Below are positions 1 through 10,046 of a DNA stretch of 64,000 bases, piece after piece. The DNA comes from a virus. The position numbers were made by a program, and so were the translations under genes. Positions within the stretch are counted from its first letter, which is position 1; every line of letters starts with the position of its first letter. The notes below the pieces were generated by a model that worked only from the letters and a program-made list of their open reading frames with translations, made no database searches and was not told where the DNA came from. The DNA is taken from the IMG/VR virus record IMGVR_UViG_3300036832_000455, positions 3,274 to 67,273 of that record. The stretch is one strand, 5' to 3'.

Positions 1-50
1 CCCCCACAAGAGACCGGAACCAAAAGCGAATTGCATGACGATATCTCCTG

Positions 51-311
51 TTAGTGCTTCAGTCCCTTGAGGGCAGTCTTGAGTCGTTGAGTCCGTTCGC
101 GTAGGTAGTTGAAGGCGTCAGTATCCCGGCTGAGCGGGCTGTTGTAGACGTTCTCAACGAACCACTTGTCGACTAGTTCGTCAATTGCGTCAACTGGCTG
201 GGCAGCTTGAGTCTTCTGCGCCTCGCCGGCTGCAGCGGCCTCTTGTGAGATATCCTTCACGGGATCCATCTGCCCCTCGTTCCTTGGTGTAGGATTGGGA
301 TTTTGTGCCAT
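51..311 (-). CDS. hypothetical protein in neck/tail region
   Basis: 86-aa ORF co-oriented with and directly downstream of the tail-terminator-like gene. Confidence 0.55.
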   Translation of the reverse strand: MAQNPNPTPRNEGQMDPVKDISQEAAAAGEAQKTQAAQPVDAIDELVDKWFVENVYNSPLSRDTDAFNYLRERTQRLKTALKGLKH

Positions 312-331
312 CGAAGTATCTCCTGGTCTGG

Positions 332-790
332 TTACGGCGGCCGGATCTTGATTGGATACAGAGCCAGCGCCTGGCCCTCGAGATCCCCCGGATCCTTTCG
401 GATGAGTCCATCCACCCAGATACGGTAGACGATACCGCCTAAGGTCAGATTGTTCTCGAGCTGGTTGTCGATCTGCAAGACCCCTTCTACCTCGTCTATC
501 AGGTTGTTGAGGATTACGCTGCCGATCTTGTCATCAGTGTCCGCCTTGGCGTAGATGAACAGCATGATCTCCCACTCGGCCTTCTTCGGCAGCCCTCGAG
601 GCGATTGGAGGGGACGTTCTGTATGTTCGACCATGTACAGAGCAGGCTGCATCTCAGGAGGTACCTCGTCCCACAGCTTGAGCTTGCGGCTCATGTGATT
701 AAATGGGCCGGCAGGAGCCAGCAACGTCTGAAACACTGTGAACAGCGATGTCATGACGGCTTCGCGTGAGATTGGCGGAAAGTAGTTCAT
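332..790 (-). CDS. putative tail terminator / tail completion protein
   Basis: 152 aa with PALYMVEHTE and NLTLGGIVYRIWV segments typical of siphovirus tail terminators; position after neck genes. Confidence 0.6.
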   Translation of the reverse strand: MNYFPPISREAVMTSLFTVFQTLLAPAGPFNHMSRKLKLWDEVPPEMQPALYMVEHTERPLQSPRGLPKKAEWEIMLFIYAKADTDDKIGSVILNNLIDEVEGVLQIDNQLENNLTLGGIVYRIWVDGLIRKDPGDLEGQALALYPIKIRPP

Positions 791-1269
791 TGTTTCATGC
801 TGTCAGCTGCGGCTTGTTGGCAGATCGCTAAGAACTCAGCTCTGTGAGCCCTTAGAGTGTTGTAGACGTAGTGCTTACCGGGTATCGTTGCTCCTGGCCA
901 GAACACGTGGGCAAAGTAGTCCGACCCGAGGGACCCTCTCATGCCCCATGCAAAAGCTAGGGCCTGACCTTTGATAGGAGTGATCTCGTGTCCAGGAATC
1001 GTCCCACCGAACTCCTGAATAGCTGCGTAAGGAGTATCTGCCTTGAAGTCTACCCGTACCGACGAGGGCGTGCTCGAGACATTAGCGGTGATGCTACTCG
1101 ACAGCTTACCTGTACGGCGGCCAGCAGCGTTAGCCATGAGATCGCGGATCTCCATCGCCCAGGACGACAGGCGAGTACGTAACAGACCCAAGAGAGATGT
1201 GTTCGCCTTATTGAAGCGAGCCACCATAGCCTCTTTTCCGGTTAGCGTGATCTTGATTGAGTCGCTCAT
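787..1269 (-). CDS. HK97 gp10-like neck/tail completion protein
   Basis: RTGKLSSSI...YAAIQEFGG motif; ATGA overlap with neighbours. Confidence 0.65.
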   Translation of the reverse strand: MSDSIKITLTGKEAMVARFNKANTSLLGLLRTRLSSWAMEIRDLMANAAGRRTGKLSSSITANVSSTPSSVRVDFKADTPYAAIQEFGGTIPGHEITPIKGQALAFAWGMRGSLGSDYFAHVFWPGATIPGKHYVYNTLRAHRAEFLAICQQAAADSMKQ

Positions 1270-2129
1270 TCCGGCAGTACCGATCTGAAGGGTTGAAGAG
1301 CATCAAGGATGTACGATGGTATGCCTTGAGGGTCGTACGTCACGCTTTCTTGAGCCGCGAGAGAGCGACTGCGCTGACCCGGATGCTGTCTGCGGTTGTA
1401 ACTGACTGCAACAAACTCCCAGCAAGCCTGCTCCACAGCGTACGGACAGAAGCTGTAGCTGACTATCACCGGGACACCGCTATCCGCCGGTGAGAAGATG
1501 TAACCGCCCGGGACCGTAGAATCTAACGCGTACTGGCCCGTAGATAGCACTGCCGGTGGGGTAGGAGGCGGAACTAGCTGTAATGGGGTGCCGTCAGATA
1601 ACAGGGCCACACCGCTGTCTGCAAGCCACAGGCCGTACCCTTGCTGTAGCGTCTGTGTGGTACCTGTACCGTCGATCAAGATGGTCTCTTGGTTCAGGTA
1701 CCCTGCGACGTAGTCAATGCGGCAGTTGAGATGACCTCGTCTGAACGCATAGCCGTCAAGCTCTACTGCCTGATGCTCTCCAGGAGGCAGACCGTCCCAG
1801 TATTCCAAGCGCCAGCCGCCTTGCAGATTGACGTTAGTATTAGTCGGATTGACGATGCCAGCAGGTGGTACTACAAAGTTGTCGACCTGGACATTCATCA
1901 CTGAGGTCACTGGCCAATAGTGAGGGAAACGCATCTGGTTCCCTTGACCGTCGAAGATGTCGCTGTGCTTAGAGCTGACAAAGCTTCCCCGCTCCAGGTA
2001 GCTCAGGATGATTGAGCTAGTGGAGTGTATGAACATGTTGAGGACGTTGTCAGTCAAGAGGTTATATGGGGCTGCAATCCCCATATAGTCCTTGACCCTC
2101 TGTAGCGTTGTCAGGTCTAAGCTAGCCAT
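1266..2129 (-). CDS. head-tail adaptor (connector) protein
   Basis: N-terminal LTTLQRVKDYMGI and C-terminal P.AVEQAC...IPSYILDALQPFR, typical of gp6/gp15-like adaptors; directly after capsid. Confidence 0.7.
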   Translation of the reverse strand: MASLDLTTLQRVKDYMGIAAPYNLLTDNVLNMFIHSTSSIILSYLERGSFVSSKHSDIFDGQGNQMRFPHYWPVTSVMNVQVDNFVVPPAGIVNPTNTNVNLQGGWRLEYWDGLPPGEHQAVELDGYAFRRGHLNCRIDYVAGYLNQETILIDGTGTTQTLQQGYGLWLADSGVALLSDGTPLQLVPPPTPPAVLSTGQYALDSTVPGGYIFSPADSGVPVIVSYSFCPYAVEQACWEFVAVSYNRRQHPGQRSRSLAAQESVTYDPQGIPSYILDALQPFRSVLPE

Positions 2130-2161
2130 TCGTTACTTGCCCGTCTTGGTGGTGTAGTTGG

Positions 2162-2200
2162 AAAGTGGGCCCCGAAGATGGGAGGTCCCGGAGCCCACTC
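2162..2200 (-). terminator. stem-loop after major capsid gene (terminator/attenuator)
   Basis: minus strand GAGTGGGCTCCGGG...TTCGGGGCCCACTTT. Confidence 0.5.
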
Positions 2201-2236
2201 CCCTCATTCCTCTCTGGCGCGATCTTCCTGCCGAAG

Positions 2237-3793
2237 CTATCCGACCACGTTGCTGAGGTTTGAGATCACCCCCATGGCAAAGGGTGCATAGACGCCGAGA
2301 ACCTCTTCCATATAGATGCCGTACTCACGCTGTCTGGTACGAAGCGGCCAATCAACGCGGTAGTAGTCGCGTCGCAGAAGCATCTCTGCAACGTTCGGCA
2401 CCTCGTTGGACTGGTACCATGGCGGGAGTTTCTCGCAGTAGCCCAGGATCGTTCCAGGCGGTACATCCGGGTGCAGCTTGACGGGCATCTTGTAGCCGCC
2501 GTCAGATGCGAACGGGTTGTAGTAGTAATCGATCACGCCACCTGCAGTCACTCCGTACGCCTCTCCCGGAGTAGTGGGAACCGTGTACCGGAGCAGCGGG
2601 GCAGACGCGTTCGAGAGTACTGCCGAAGTGATGTTCTTCTGCTCTTGAGAATTGACGTACAAGACCGTCGGCCCAAGATTGAAGTTATCCCACATGTACT
2701 GCAGCATGTTGTCGATCTCGAGTACGCTCCCTCGACCACTGGTGTGGAGACCAGTACCCGCAGCAACGTAGTTCACGAACGGATTTGCCGTTGCGTTGCC
2801 TGATACGAAGAACGGGTCACTACCGTTCAAGGCCACAGTTAGCAACCCGTCGAAGCTCAGCGAAGGGTTACGGCTACTGTCCGTAGTGACAGCCGTAGCG
2901 TTCTGACGACCAGCAATGATAGCCGACCCAAAGACCAGCTGGCTGTTGCCAGTGATGGCCTGAAGAGTCTCGCTGCCCGCTGGTGTGCCGATGAACCACG
3001 CATAGGCTACGGCACCGGTCACTGGAGTAGTGGTCAGAGTAAGCGACTGACCTGCAGTAACCGCTTGGGACGCCGCGGCAGACTTCACACCAGAACCGCC
3101 ATTCAGCGTGTACGTCTTGCCATCCGCTCCGGTGATGGTCTTGCTGGTAGCAACACCACTCGCGAGCGAACTGTTCTTGTAGCCCTCGAGAGTCAAGGGC
3201 ACAACGATGCAAGAGTACGTAGCAGCGCCTAGCGTTCCACCAGTACCCGCAGCTGCCGTAGTGATCGTTCCAGGAGCGGGTAACACGAGAGTAGCGTTCC
3301 CGCCGAGGATGGCGATCTCTTCCTTACGCATGGTCTTCTGCAGCAGACGGAAGGTGACCATCGCGTTCTCGTCCTCGAAGCCTTCGGCCGCAGCCTCTGC
3401 TTCGAAGGTCAGGAAGTCTTCTTCGCCGAGCGTGACGTAACTGGCTGCGCAGTTGGCCGTCTGATAGCTCATCGTGCCACTACGCTGACCTTCTGGTACC
3501 CACCCCATTGAATCCCAGCCGCTCCCAATGAGACTGGTCACTCGTTTCCACCGGGCTGCATCACCAGGATCCGGACGCTTGACACGGGGAACCGTGTTGC
3601 GGAGAGGAGTGATCGTGGGGTAGATGTTCTTCGCTGGGGCCATCAAGTCGTACCAAGTCAGGCCCGTAGATAGGGTTACGCCCTTCTGCAAAGGACGACC
3701 CATGCGATCTGTCGGCGTCCCAAGTGTACCCTTCATCATTGCCAGGGTTTCTTGGGTGACCGACATCCCGCCCAATTGACTCCAGGGGTCCAT
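2237..3793 (-). CDS. major capsid protein with inserted Ala/Thr/Gly-rich beta domain
   Basis: 518 aa after protease/scaffold; TPLRNTVPR, EEIAILGG, FDGLL and EEVLGVYAP segments typical of HK97-fold capsids. Confidence 0.8.
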   Translation of the reverse strand: MDPWSQLGGMSVTQETLAMMKGTLGTPTDRMGRPLQKGVTLSTGLTWYDLMAPAKNIYPTITPLRNTVPRVKRPDPGDAARWKRVTSLIGSGWDSMGWVPEGQRSGTMSYQTANCAASYVTLGEEDFLTFEAEAAAEGFEDENAMVTFRLLQKTMRKEEIAILGGNATLVLPAPGTITTAAAGTGGTLGAATYSCIVVPLTLEGYKNSSLASGVATSKTITGADGKTYTLNGGSGVKSAAASQAVTAGQSLTLTTTPVTGAVAYAWFIGTPAGSETLQAITGNSQLVFGSAIIAGRQNATAVTTDSSRNPSLSFDGLLTVALNGSDPFFVSGNATANPFVNYVAAGTGLHTSGRGSVLEIDNMLQYMWDNFNLGPTVLYVNSQEQKNITSAVLSNASAPLLRYTVPTTPGEAYGVTAGGVIDYYYNPFASDGGYKMPVKLHPDVPPGTILGYCEKLPPWYQSNEVPNVAEMLLRRDYYRVDWPLRTRQREYGIYMEEVLGVYAPFAMGVISNLSNVVG

Positions 3794-3872
3794 GTTACTG
3801 GATCCTTTCAGTTTGGGTTGAGTAGGTTGCGGTTACTATGTAGTACGTGTTCATCTGGTCTTCCGTCCCCGG

Positions 3873-5963
3873 TCAATCCATCCGAAACACTGGCTGAGCC
3901 AACGACATTTTGATCAGCTCTTTCGCCCGTTGCGTCTCGTCCATCTTACCCAGACGGTCGTAATACGCCGCTACGACTGCTTGATCATCAGGTGAGAGTT
4001 GGCCATTCCCACCTTGTGAGCCGACGTCTTGCCCTTTGGCAACCGCCGTATACGTTCTGACGCCTTTACCAGGCATCGGTTGATCTTTCAGCTTCTTGAC
4101 CTCTTTGATCAGGTCAGACACTGTAGTACCAAGCTTGCCGAGCTGGAACTCCATGCCGTTCGTCTTACCAAGCAACTTGAGGACGCTTGGGGGCAGATTG
4201 GGATTGTCGAGTGTCAGATCATCATCGTTGAGGTCTTCGAGGCGCTTCTTCAGCGGTGAGTGCACGTGGGGCCCGAATGCAAGCTTGGCCGCCTTGCAAG
4301 TGGTCCCAAGTGCACCCAGGTGATCATGAACTGTCTGCAGTCTCTCCTTAGCTGCAGCGTTCAGTTTGCCCATGTCACCATCATCGCCGCCGTTGCAAGC
4401 ATCGCCCCCGCTTGCAGCAGCCACATGATCGTGTGCGCTCTGCAGATGCATCATCTGAGCCTCAGTAAGCTTGTTTCCAGCCTTACTAAGCTCATCAGCA
4501 AAGGCTTCAGGCAAGCCTTCAACCGCTCGCAGAGCTTTACGAAAGTCGATGTTCATCATCCCTGCTGCGTTCGCAACTATCTCCAGCACGGGCACGCTAG
4601 TGCCACCATCCAACTGCACGTCGGCGTTGGACATGATCTCATCGACCTCTTCCTTCACCATGATGGTGAGGAACTCGCACAAGGTCTCCAAGGCCTTCTG
4701 AGCAGCATCGGTCTGGGCAGTGGATGCGTCCTGCTCTAGCTGGTCTTCTAAGGCTAAGTCGGTTTTGATCCACCGTAGCTCACCAATGATACTGGCAACT
4801 CGACCAATGTCGTAAAGGTCCTTGACGATAAGGTCTGACTTGGAGACTTCTGTCTTGTCTCCTCCCTGCTCTCTGACTGCTGTGGCTGTGACGGAAGCGT
4901 CGTTACCACCTTCCCGATTGTGCCGGATAGGTACCGATGTAGTTGTGCCCTTGGTAGGCGGCATGCTGCTTGGATCACCGTGGCCTGCGACATCGCTCTT
5001 GCCAAGGAGAAGTTCTCTGAGGCTGTCAACTGCTTCGTGAGCTGTTTCACTTGCCTTACTGACGGCAGAGTCGACGTCAAGCTGTTGGTTGTGCTTGATC
5101 GCGTCCGCCTTTCTAGTAAAAGTCGTTCCGTCCTTAGCCTTCCACACTTGCTCGACTTCACCCGTCGGGGCATCCGCTTCTCCCTTACGAACGTTGCCAG
5201 GAGGGCTCGCCGAATCTTGGTGGCCTATCTCCTCGTCCTTGTTCTTCTCACCAGGATCCACCATAGTAGGACTTGCTGGATCGCCACCGTTGTCGGGGAT
5301 TCCTGGAGCGCGACGAGTGTTGGTCTTTTCTGACGTGCGCGTATCAGTCCCTGCAGCTGTATTCCCGCTGACCTCTGTCGTGCACTCGGGCACGTTCTTC
5401 TGTAGACCATCAGGCGGGTCAGAAAGAAGGGGTACAGGATCTGCAGCTACCGAGCTCGTGGTCGAGAACGGTCGCACTTCTTCGTGTCCGTCGCTTTTGA
5501 CGAACTGGAAGGTGCTGCCTGGGACACAGGGGAGATCGACGAGGCTGACCTCATTCGGCTCGGCTGTGTACCGAATGAGGTGAGGGTTATCTCGATCGGT
5601 CCATCGTTTAACATAGCGTCCTCCCACGCTGAATCCGGTGTAGACGCCTTCTTCCACTTTCCGCCACTCGTCTTCGTCCACAATACGAGCCAGCCCTCCG
5701 ATAGACCGGCCGTTATCATCGAAGTCCAGCGGCTGGCAGACCATACCCGCTGCAACGTTTTTGTGCATCGCACGGATGTTGCCGAAGTTCTTTCCACCTG
5801 ATGCACCATACATGTCCTCCGACCATTTTGAGAACAAGGGCTTAGAGGTGGAGTAGTCCATGATCTCACCGGAGCGATCACCCTTTTCCTCGGTGAACTT
5901 GCCGTACACCGTCCGGTTGACCGCGTCCACCTTTGTGATCGGCAGGAAGATCCTGAGGTTCAT
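3873..5963 (-). CDS. prohead protease (XkdF/HK97-like) fused to scaffold region
   Basis: N-terminal IRAMH, GVYTGFSVGG and EVSLVDLPC protease motifs; long acidic low-complexity/helical C-terminus. Confidence 0.8.
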   Translation of the reverse strand: MNLRIFLPITKVDAVNRTVYGKFTEEKGDRSGEIMDYSTSKPLFSKWSEDMYGASGGKNFGNIRAMHKNVAAGMVCQPLDFDDNGRSIGGLARIVDEDEWRKVEEGVYTGFSVGGRYVKRWTDRDNPHLIRYTAEPNEVSLVDLPCVPGSTFQFVKSDGHEEVRPFSTTSSVAADPVPLLSDPPDGLQKNVPECTTEVSGNTAAGTDTRTSEKTNTRRAPGIPDNGGDPASPTMVDPGEKNKDEEIGHQDSASPPGNVRKGEADAPTGEVEQVWKAKDGTTFTRKADAIKHNQQLDVDSAVSKASETAHEAVDSLRELLLGKSDVAGHGDPSSMPPTKGTTTSVPIRHNREGGNDASVTATAVREQGGDKTEVSKSDLIVKDLYDIGRVASIIGELRWIKTDLALEDQLEQDASTAQTDAAQKALETLCEFLTIMVKEEVDEIMSNADVQLDGGTSVPVLEIVANAAGMMNIDFRKALRAVEGLPEAFADELSKAGNKLTEAQMMHLQSAHDHVAAASGGDACNGGDDGDMGKLNAAAKERLQTVHDHLGALGTTCKAAKLAFGPHVHSPLKKRLEDLNDDDLTLDNPNLPPSVLKLLGKTNGMEFQLGKLGTTVSDLIKEVKKLKDQPMPGKGVRTYTAVAKGQDVGSQGGNGQLSPDDQAVVAAYYDRLGKMDETQRAKELIKMSLAQPVFRMD

Positions 5964-6010
5964 TTTAGTTATCCTTCATGTCTAGGCCGGAGTCGACGCG
6001 GCGCGATGTT

Positions 6011-6250
6011 TCATCTCAGCGACGGGAAAGGCACGACACAGGCCAGTAACGCAAACAAGACAACGATCACCGCGATGATGACCACCGCCCATAGGATGAT
6101 CTTCACTATCTGGATCGCTGCAGCGAGTATCCATGCGAACTCAGGAGGTGGAGTCGCCAGTCCAAGCAGCACGCGAATGATCGCGAACACTGCACAGACT
6201 ACGACCAACCAGATCAGTAGATGTTCGACTGCGCTTAAGCTGAAGCACAT
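6011..6250 (-). CDS. small two-TM membrane protein (holin-like)
   Basis: two hydrophobic segments; start moved to ATG 6250 with a GGAGAG SD. Confidence 0.55.
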   Translation of the reverse strand: MCFSLSAVEHLLIWLVVVCAVFAIIRVLLGLATPPPEFAWILAAAIQIVKIILWAVVIIAVIVVLFALLACVVPFPSLR

Positions 6251-6260
6251 AGTCTCTCTC

Positions 6261-6428
6261 CTACCACCAACCGAAACGTGGGCCACCGAAAGCCCCTAGG
6301 ACGAGGAGAATGACAATCACAAGCAAGATCAATCCTACAGGGGACGGAGGATACGACACATGTCCATAGTAACCCCCTCCCCCTAGAAGTATGAGGATCA
6401 GGACTATGAGAAGGATTGTGATCAACAT
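6261..6428 (-). CDS. DUF3309-like small membrane peptide (55 aa, missed by ORF track)
   Basis: manual translation MLITILLIVLILILLGGGGYYGHVSYPPSPVGLILLVIVILLVLGAFGGPRFGWW; abuts the stop of the upstream gene. Confidence 0.7.
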   Translation of the reverse strand: MLITILLIVLILILLGGGGYYGHVSYPPSPVGLILLVIVILLVLGAFGGPRFGWW

Positions 6429-6429
6429 A

Positions 6430-7566
6430 TCATCTCATCCTCCGTGCCATGATCTTACCCCAGCCGCTGAGCGTACCGCCTGAGGTGGTCATAGTAGCAC
6501 CTAGCGCCACGTTGACCGGGGTGGCAGAGGAAACCCGCAACGGACTGAGTGGCAGGATTATCTGCGGCGTGTTGTTAGGGACCGGTGTTATGGCGTTGCC
6601 ACCTATCTGGTCGATCGGCGGATTGGTAGTACCTCCAGCATTGAGCCAGAACCGCATCGTGGTGCTGTTGTTGTTAGCCATCGTGGCCCCGCCGGAGCCG
6701 TGGACCTCCCAATCGCCCGCCGTGAGAGTCAAGGTCGCGATGACCACATCAGCATTGCTGACCAGAGGGACGGTAGCGGTACTGAGAGTCTGCACGGTCA
6801 GGAATTCACCGATCGCACCTGCTGGAGCGTTGCTGCCATCGGTCAGACCAGCTCGCGCCTGAGCGATATTGATATAAGCGGCCGGATTGTTCGCGGCGTA
6901 GCGGCTGGTGTCCGTAGGGTGAACGTGATCGGCTCGTGCCCAAGTAGTCCCAACGCCTACAGCCGCCGTGCCGTCCATAGCAGGAGCGGAATTAGACGCA
7001 GTCTGTGGCACAAAGATCCGGTTGTCTGAGCCTAGGGTAGCGATGTTCCCTGTGTTGGTACTGACTACGTTCGGCCCAGGAGGGCCTTGAGGTCCAGTAG
7101 CACCCTGTGGACCAGTAGCCCCCTGAGGGCCAGTAGCTCCTTGAGGCCCAGCAACACCCGGCAGACCAGTTGCTCCTGTAGGCCCTTGTGAACCAGTATT
7201 ACCTTGTGGGCCTACGGGTCCAGTAGGGCCTGTATCACCTTTCGGGCCATCAGCCCCTATAGGGCCTTCGATGCCTTGAGGGCCAGGAGGCCCCGTGGGT
7301 CCTGGGACTGTACTATCAGCTCCAGGCTGACCTTGTGGTCCAGGAAGCCCATCTTGTCCAGGAGCACCCTGTGGTCCCATGGGGCCCTGAGGACCTTGTG
7401 GGCCGGGAGGGCCGGGAGGGCCAGTCTCTGCAGTAGCGATAAGTGCAGCGATCTCCTGCATCGTAGCACTGTACGGAGTATCGTCGCCAGGCCGAGCAAC
7501 AGGAACTAGATCCCGTTGCTGTACGATCCGGATGTCCGTCGCTTCGCTTATCTTGACGTCTGTCAT
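6430..7566 (-). CDS. collagen-like (Gly-X-Y) fibre/decoration protein
   Basis: long GPxGPx run followed by ARADHVHP motif and C-terminal beta domain. Confidence 0.8.
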   Translation of the reverse strand: MTDVKISEATDIRIVQQRDLVPVARPGDDTPYSATMQEIAALIATAETGPPGPPGPQGPQGPMGPQGAPGQDGLPGPQGQPGADSTVPGPTGPPGPQGIEGPIGADGPKGDTGPTGPVGPQGNTGSQGPTGATGLPGVAGPQGATGPQGATGPQGATGPQGPPGPNVVSTNTGNIATLGSDNRIFVPQTASNSAPAMDGTAAVGVGTTWARADHVHPTDTSRYAANNPAAYINIAQARAGLTDGSNAPAGAIGEFLTVQTLSTATVPLVSNADVVIATLTLTAGDWEVHGSGGATMANNNSTTMRFWLNAGGTTNPPIDQIGGNAITPVPNNTPQIILPLSPLRVSSATPVNVALGATMTTSGGTLSGWGKIMARRMR

Positions 7567-7578
7567 AGGTGCGACCTC

Positions 7579-8220
7579 TCAGCCCCAACCCAACTTACCA
7601 GAGCCGTCTTCTGCCTTGAACCCTCCGGTACCGCTTTCAAGCCCGATGTCTTCACCAGGCTCTGACCCTCTAGGCCAGTATACATCTCCCCAGACGTAAA
7701 CATCTGCTGTGGCTTGCGAGCCTTGCGGGGTGTCTAGCTTGAGGTAGAAGTTTGGTACGTCAGTCTCGTTCCATACCCAGGTAGACTCTGGAGTCTCTAG
7801 CGTGAGATCCAGTGCAGTTCGACTGTCAACAACTCCCGCGTAAGACTGAGTTGCAGGTACGATTGTTCCCCCAGTCTTATTCGGACCTACGTAAAGGCCA
7901 CCGACAGCGTTAGATAGCGGAACGGACGCATTCACCACGGTCACACGAGTCACACGAAACAGGATGCCAGGAGGAACTGCTACTTCAAAATGCTGGTCAT
8001 TGGTACTGTTGAAATCAGCCGACATGGCATGGCCGATGTGCAGAGGCGTAAAGGGAACACACCCCATGTTCAGGAGTTCAACGGCATCCCCTTTAGGCAG
8101 CGCATCGACCGTGAATTGGATGAATCCGTAACCGTCAGCCGTGTACGAGCGGCCACTGCCACACTGCATCACTTGGCCGTAATTCGGAGCCATCAAGTAG
8201 ACTGTTCTAGGAGCTGGCAT
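7579..8220 (-). CDS. putative virion structural protein
   Basis: 213-aa beta-rich ORF between portal and collagen fibre. Confidence 0.5.
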   Translation of the reverse strand: MPAPRTVYLMAPNYGQVMQCGSGRSYTADGYGFIQFTVDALPKGDAVELLNMGCVPFTPLHIGHAMSADFNSTNDQHFEVAVPPGILFRVTRVTVVNASVPLSNAVGGLYVGPNKTGGTIVPATQSYAGVVDSRTALDLTLETPESTWVWNETDVPNFYLKLDTPQGSQATADVYVWGDVYWPRGSEPGEDIGLESGTGGFKAEDGSGKLGWG

Positions 8221-8225
8221 TCATA

Positions 8226-10046
8226 TTACTCCCGAGCTGTACTGCTGGTGTTGCCAGGGGCTCCGGTTGTGCTGGGAGTTGCGAATCCTGGCCCTTGACG
8301 ACCTCCTCCGCCTTTCCCTCTGCCGGGACCTCCACCCACGTCCGGATTTGGAGATCCAGGACCACCGAGACCGGCTGTGGCTTGACCTGCCAGTGCCCCC
8401 ACGGCATCAGGCCCAGTGAGGGCCCCAATTGGGACATATCCGCTAGTTGTGGCGAGCATTGGCTGCTCTGCAGCGTCACCCATGGGGAGCTTTCCTCGCT
8501 CCTTGCGGACCTCGTCAATCGAAAAGATTCCGGCTTTAACATATCCTGTATCTATGTCCATCTGGGCTTTCGGATCTTGCTCGCGGTCTTCAAGAAACAC
8601 GAACTCTAGCTCAGGATGACCGAGGTCAAACCTGATGATCATATCGATCAGGCCCTTCCACCACCTCTGGCTAGGGAGCAGACCTTCTTCCAGAGCACGG
8701 CTTCGAGCAGTACCAGCCGTAGCACGATTGAGGTGAGTGACGAACGGCTCGGGAGAGATGGAGAAGATGAAGCAGATGACTCGAGCAAGCCATTCATCAT
8801 AGTCGTCCTTCAGAGGCGGCTCTTTGGTCTCCACGTACTTGAACTGGCCGGGCATGAACCGTACTTTACGCCGGTTCATCAAGTTGCCTGACATCAGCCC
8901 GTCGAACCACGACTGGAAGTCTCTGATGTTCTGGAGAGTCCACGCTTCGGGTAACCCAACAAAGGCATCTGGAGTGGAACCTGTCAAGTAATAGTCGAGC
9001 TGGTAAACTGCTCGTCTGATGGCGGTGTTAACTGTGATAACGACCTGCTCAACGGGAGAATGACCGTACACTTTGTCTGTTCTGATGTTCCTCGGCATGT
9101 ACAGAAGTTCGGACGCAGTATAGTCTGTTGCTGGGACGCCGTGGAGGATCTGCTGGTAAGATGGTTCTCCAGGATCTGTAGGCCGACGGCCATTAGCATC
9201 AAGAAGGGGAAAGATAGTGGCCCCATCAATAGGCTCGAGAGCATAAAGGTCCCCACCGCGGGTCATCCGCTTATAAATAGTTGCAGCGTCAATGACGAAC
9301 ATGTCTTCGTTAACACAGCGCATCCACTGATCCCATGTATGCTCCTTATCGGGATACATGAAGAAGTCAGTGACCTCTCTGATATGCTGCTTGACCTCAG
9401 GATCAAGCTTCAATGTGTTCAGTTCGGATCTTTGGACGCTTGCTGGTCTGTTCCCCGTTGTGGGGAGTCCGAATTGCCCTGGTTGAGCCGGTTGACCTGG
9501 TCGCCCTTGTTGAGGTGGCTGACCTTGCTGCGGGGATCCGTTGGGCCCAAACGCCTTAGCTGCTGCCCCATTCTGACGACGCTGCCCGGGCCTACTTGGG
9601 GCTCCGTCTCCGTTCCCGTTAGCGGACTCGAGACCGTCGTCGTCTCCTGGGATATCGGACTCACCGCCCTCTTGACCAGCCGATTGACGAGGACGGATAG
9701 CCCAGTCGAGTGCTGCGATCTGATCCTTTCGGGCCTCAATGACCCCCCTGAGGATGTCGCAGTTCGAAGCCAGTGCCCTAAGGTCGGCAAAGCTGATCGC
9801 CTCCTGCGTGCGGGGGTTGTAGTTGAGGTTGTATCCCGTCTGGTAATCAAACCGACGTCCCTTGGTGCCTTCCTCTTCACTCTGCTGTGTGAAGGGCTGA
9901 AGAGGTTGCCATGGACCGAACCAGTTCTGTGGGCCTACCCCGCTGACTATGAAGCGAGTAGCGGACTTCACCCGTTGTATGAAGTTAGGTACAACAGGAT
10001 TGATAGCTCCTACCGGCCCTGAGGGCCCTACTGGCAAGCTAGGCAA
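8226..10046 (-). CDS. portal protein
   Basis: 606 aa; LEPIDGATI, YGHSPVEQ, YYLTGSTPDAF and SIDEVRKERG motifs typical of phage portals; Q/G/P-rich insertion. Confidence 0.85.
   Translation of the reverse strand: MPSLPVGPSGPVGAINPVVPNFIQRVKSATRFIVSGVGPQNWFGPWQPLQPFTQQSEEEGTKGRRFDYQTGYNLNYNPRTQEAISFADLRALASNCDILRGVIEARKDQIAALDWAIRPRQSAGQEGGESDIPGDDDGLESANGNGDGAPSRPGQRRQNGAAAKAFGPNGSPQQGQPPQQGRPGQPAQPGQFGLPTTGNRPASVQRSELNTLKLDPEVKQHIREVTDFFMYPDKEHTWDQWMRCVNEDMFVIDAATIYKRMTRGGDLYALEPIDGATIFPLLDANGRRPTDPGEPSYQQILHGVPATDYTASELLYMPRNIRTDKVYGHSPVEQVVITVNTAIRRAVYQLDYYLTGSTPDAFVGLPEAWTLQNIRDFQSWFDGLMSGNLMNRRKVRFMPGQFKYVETKEPPLKDDYDEWLARVICFIFSISPEPFVTHLNRATAGTARSRALEEGLLPSQRWWKGLIDMIIRFDLGHPELEFVFLEDREQDPKAQMDIDTGYVKAGIFSIDEVRKERGKLPMGDAAEQPMLATTSGYVPIGALTGPDAVGALAGQATAGLGGPGSPNPDVGGGPGRGKGGGGRQGPGFATPSTTGAPGNTSSTARE

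Noticed and set aside
9060-10022. 320-aa plus-strand ORF opposite the portal
   Set aside because: Antisense shadow of the portal gene with no recognisable motifs.
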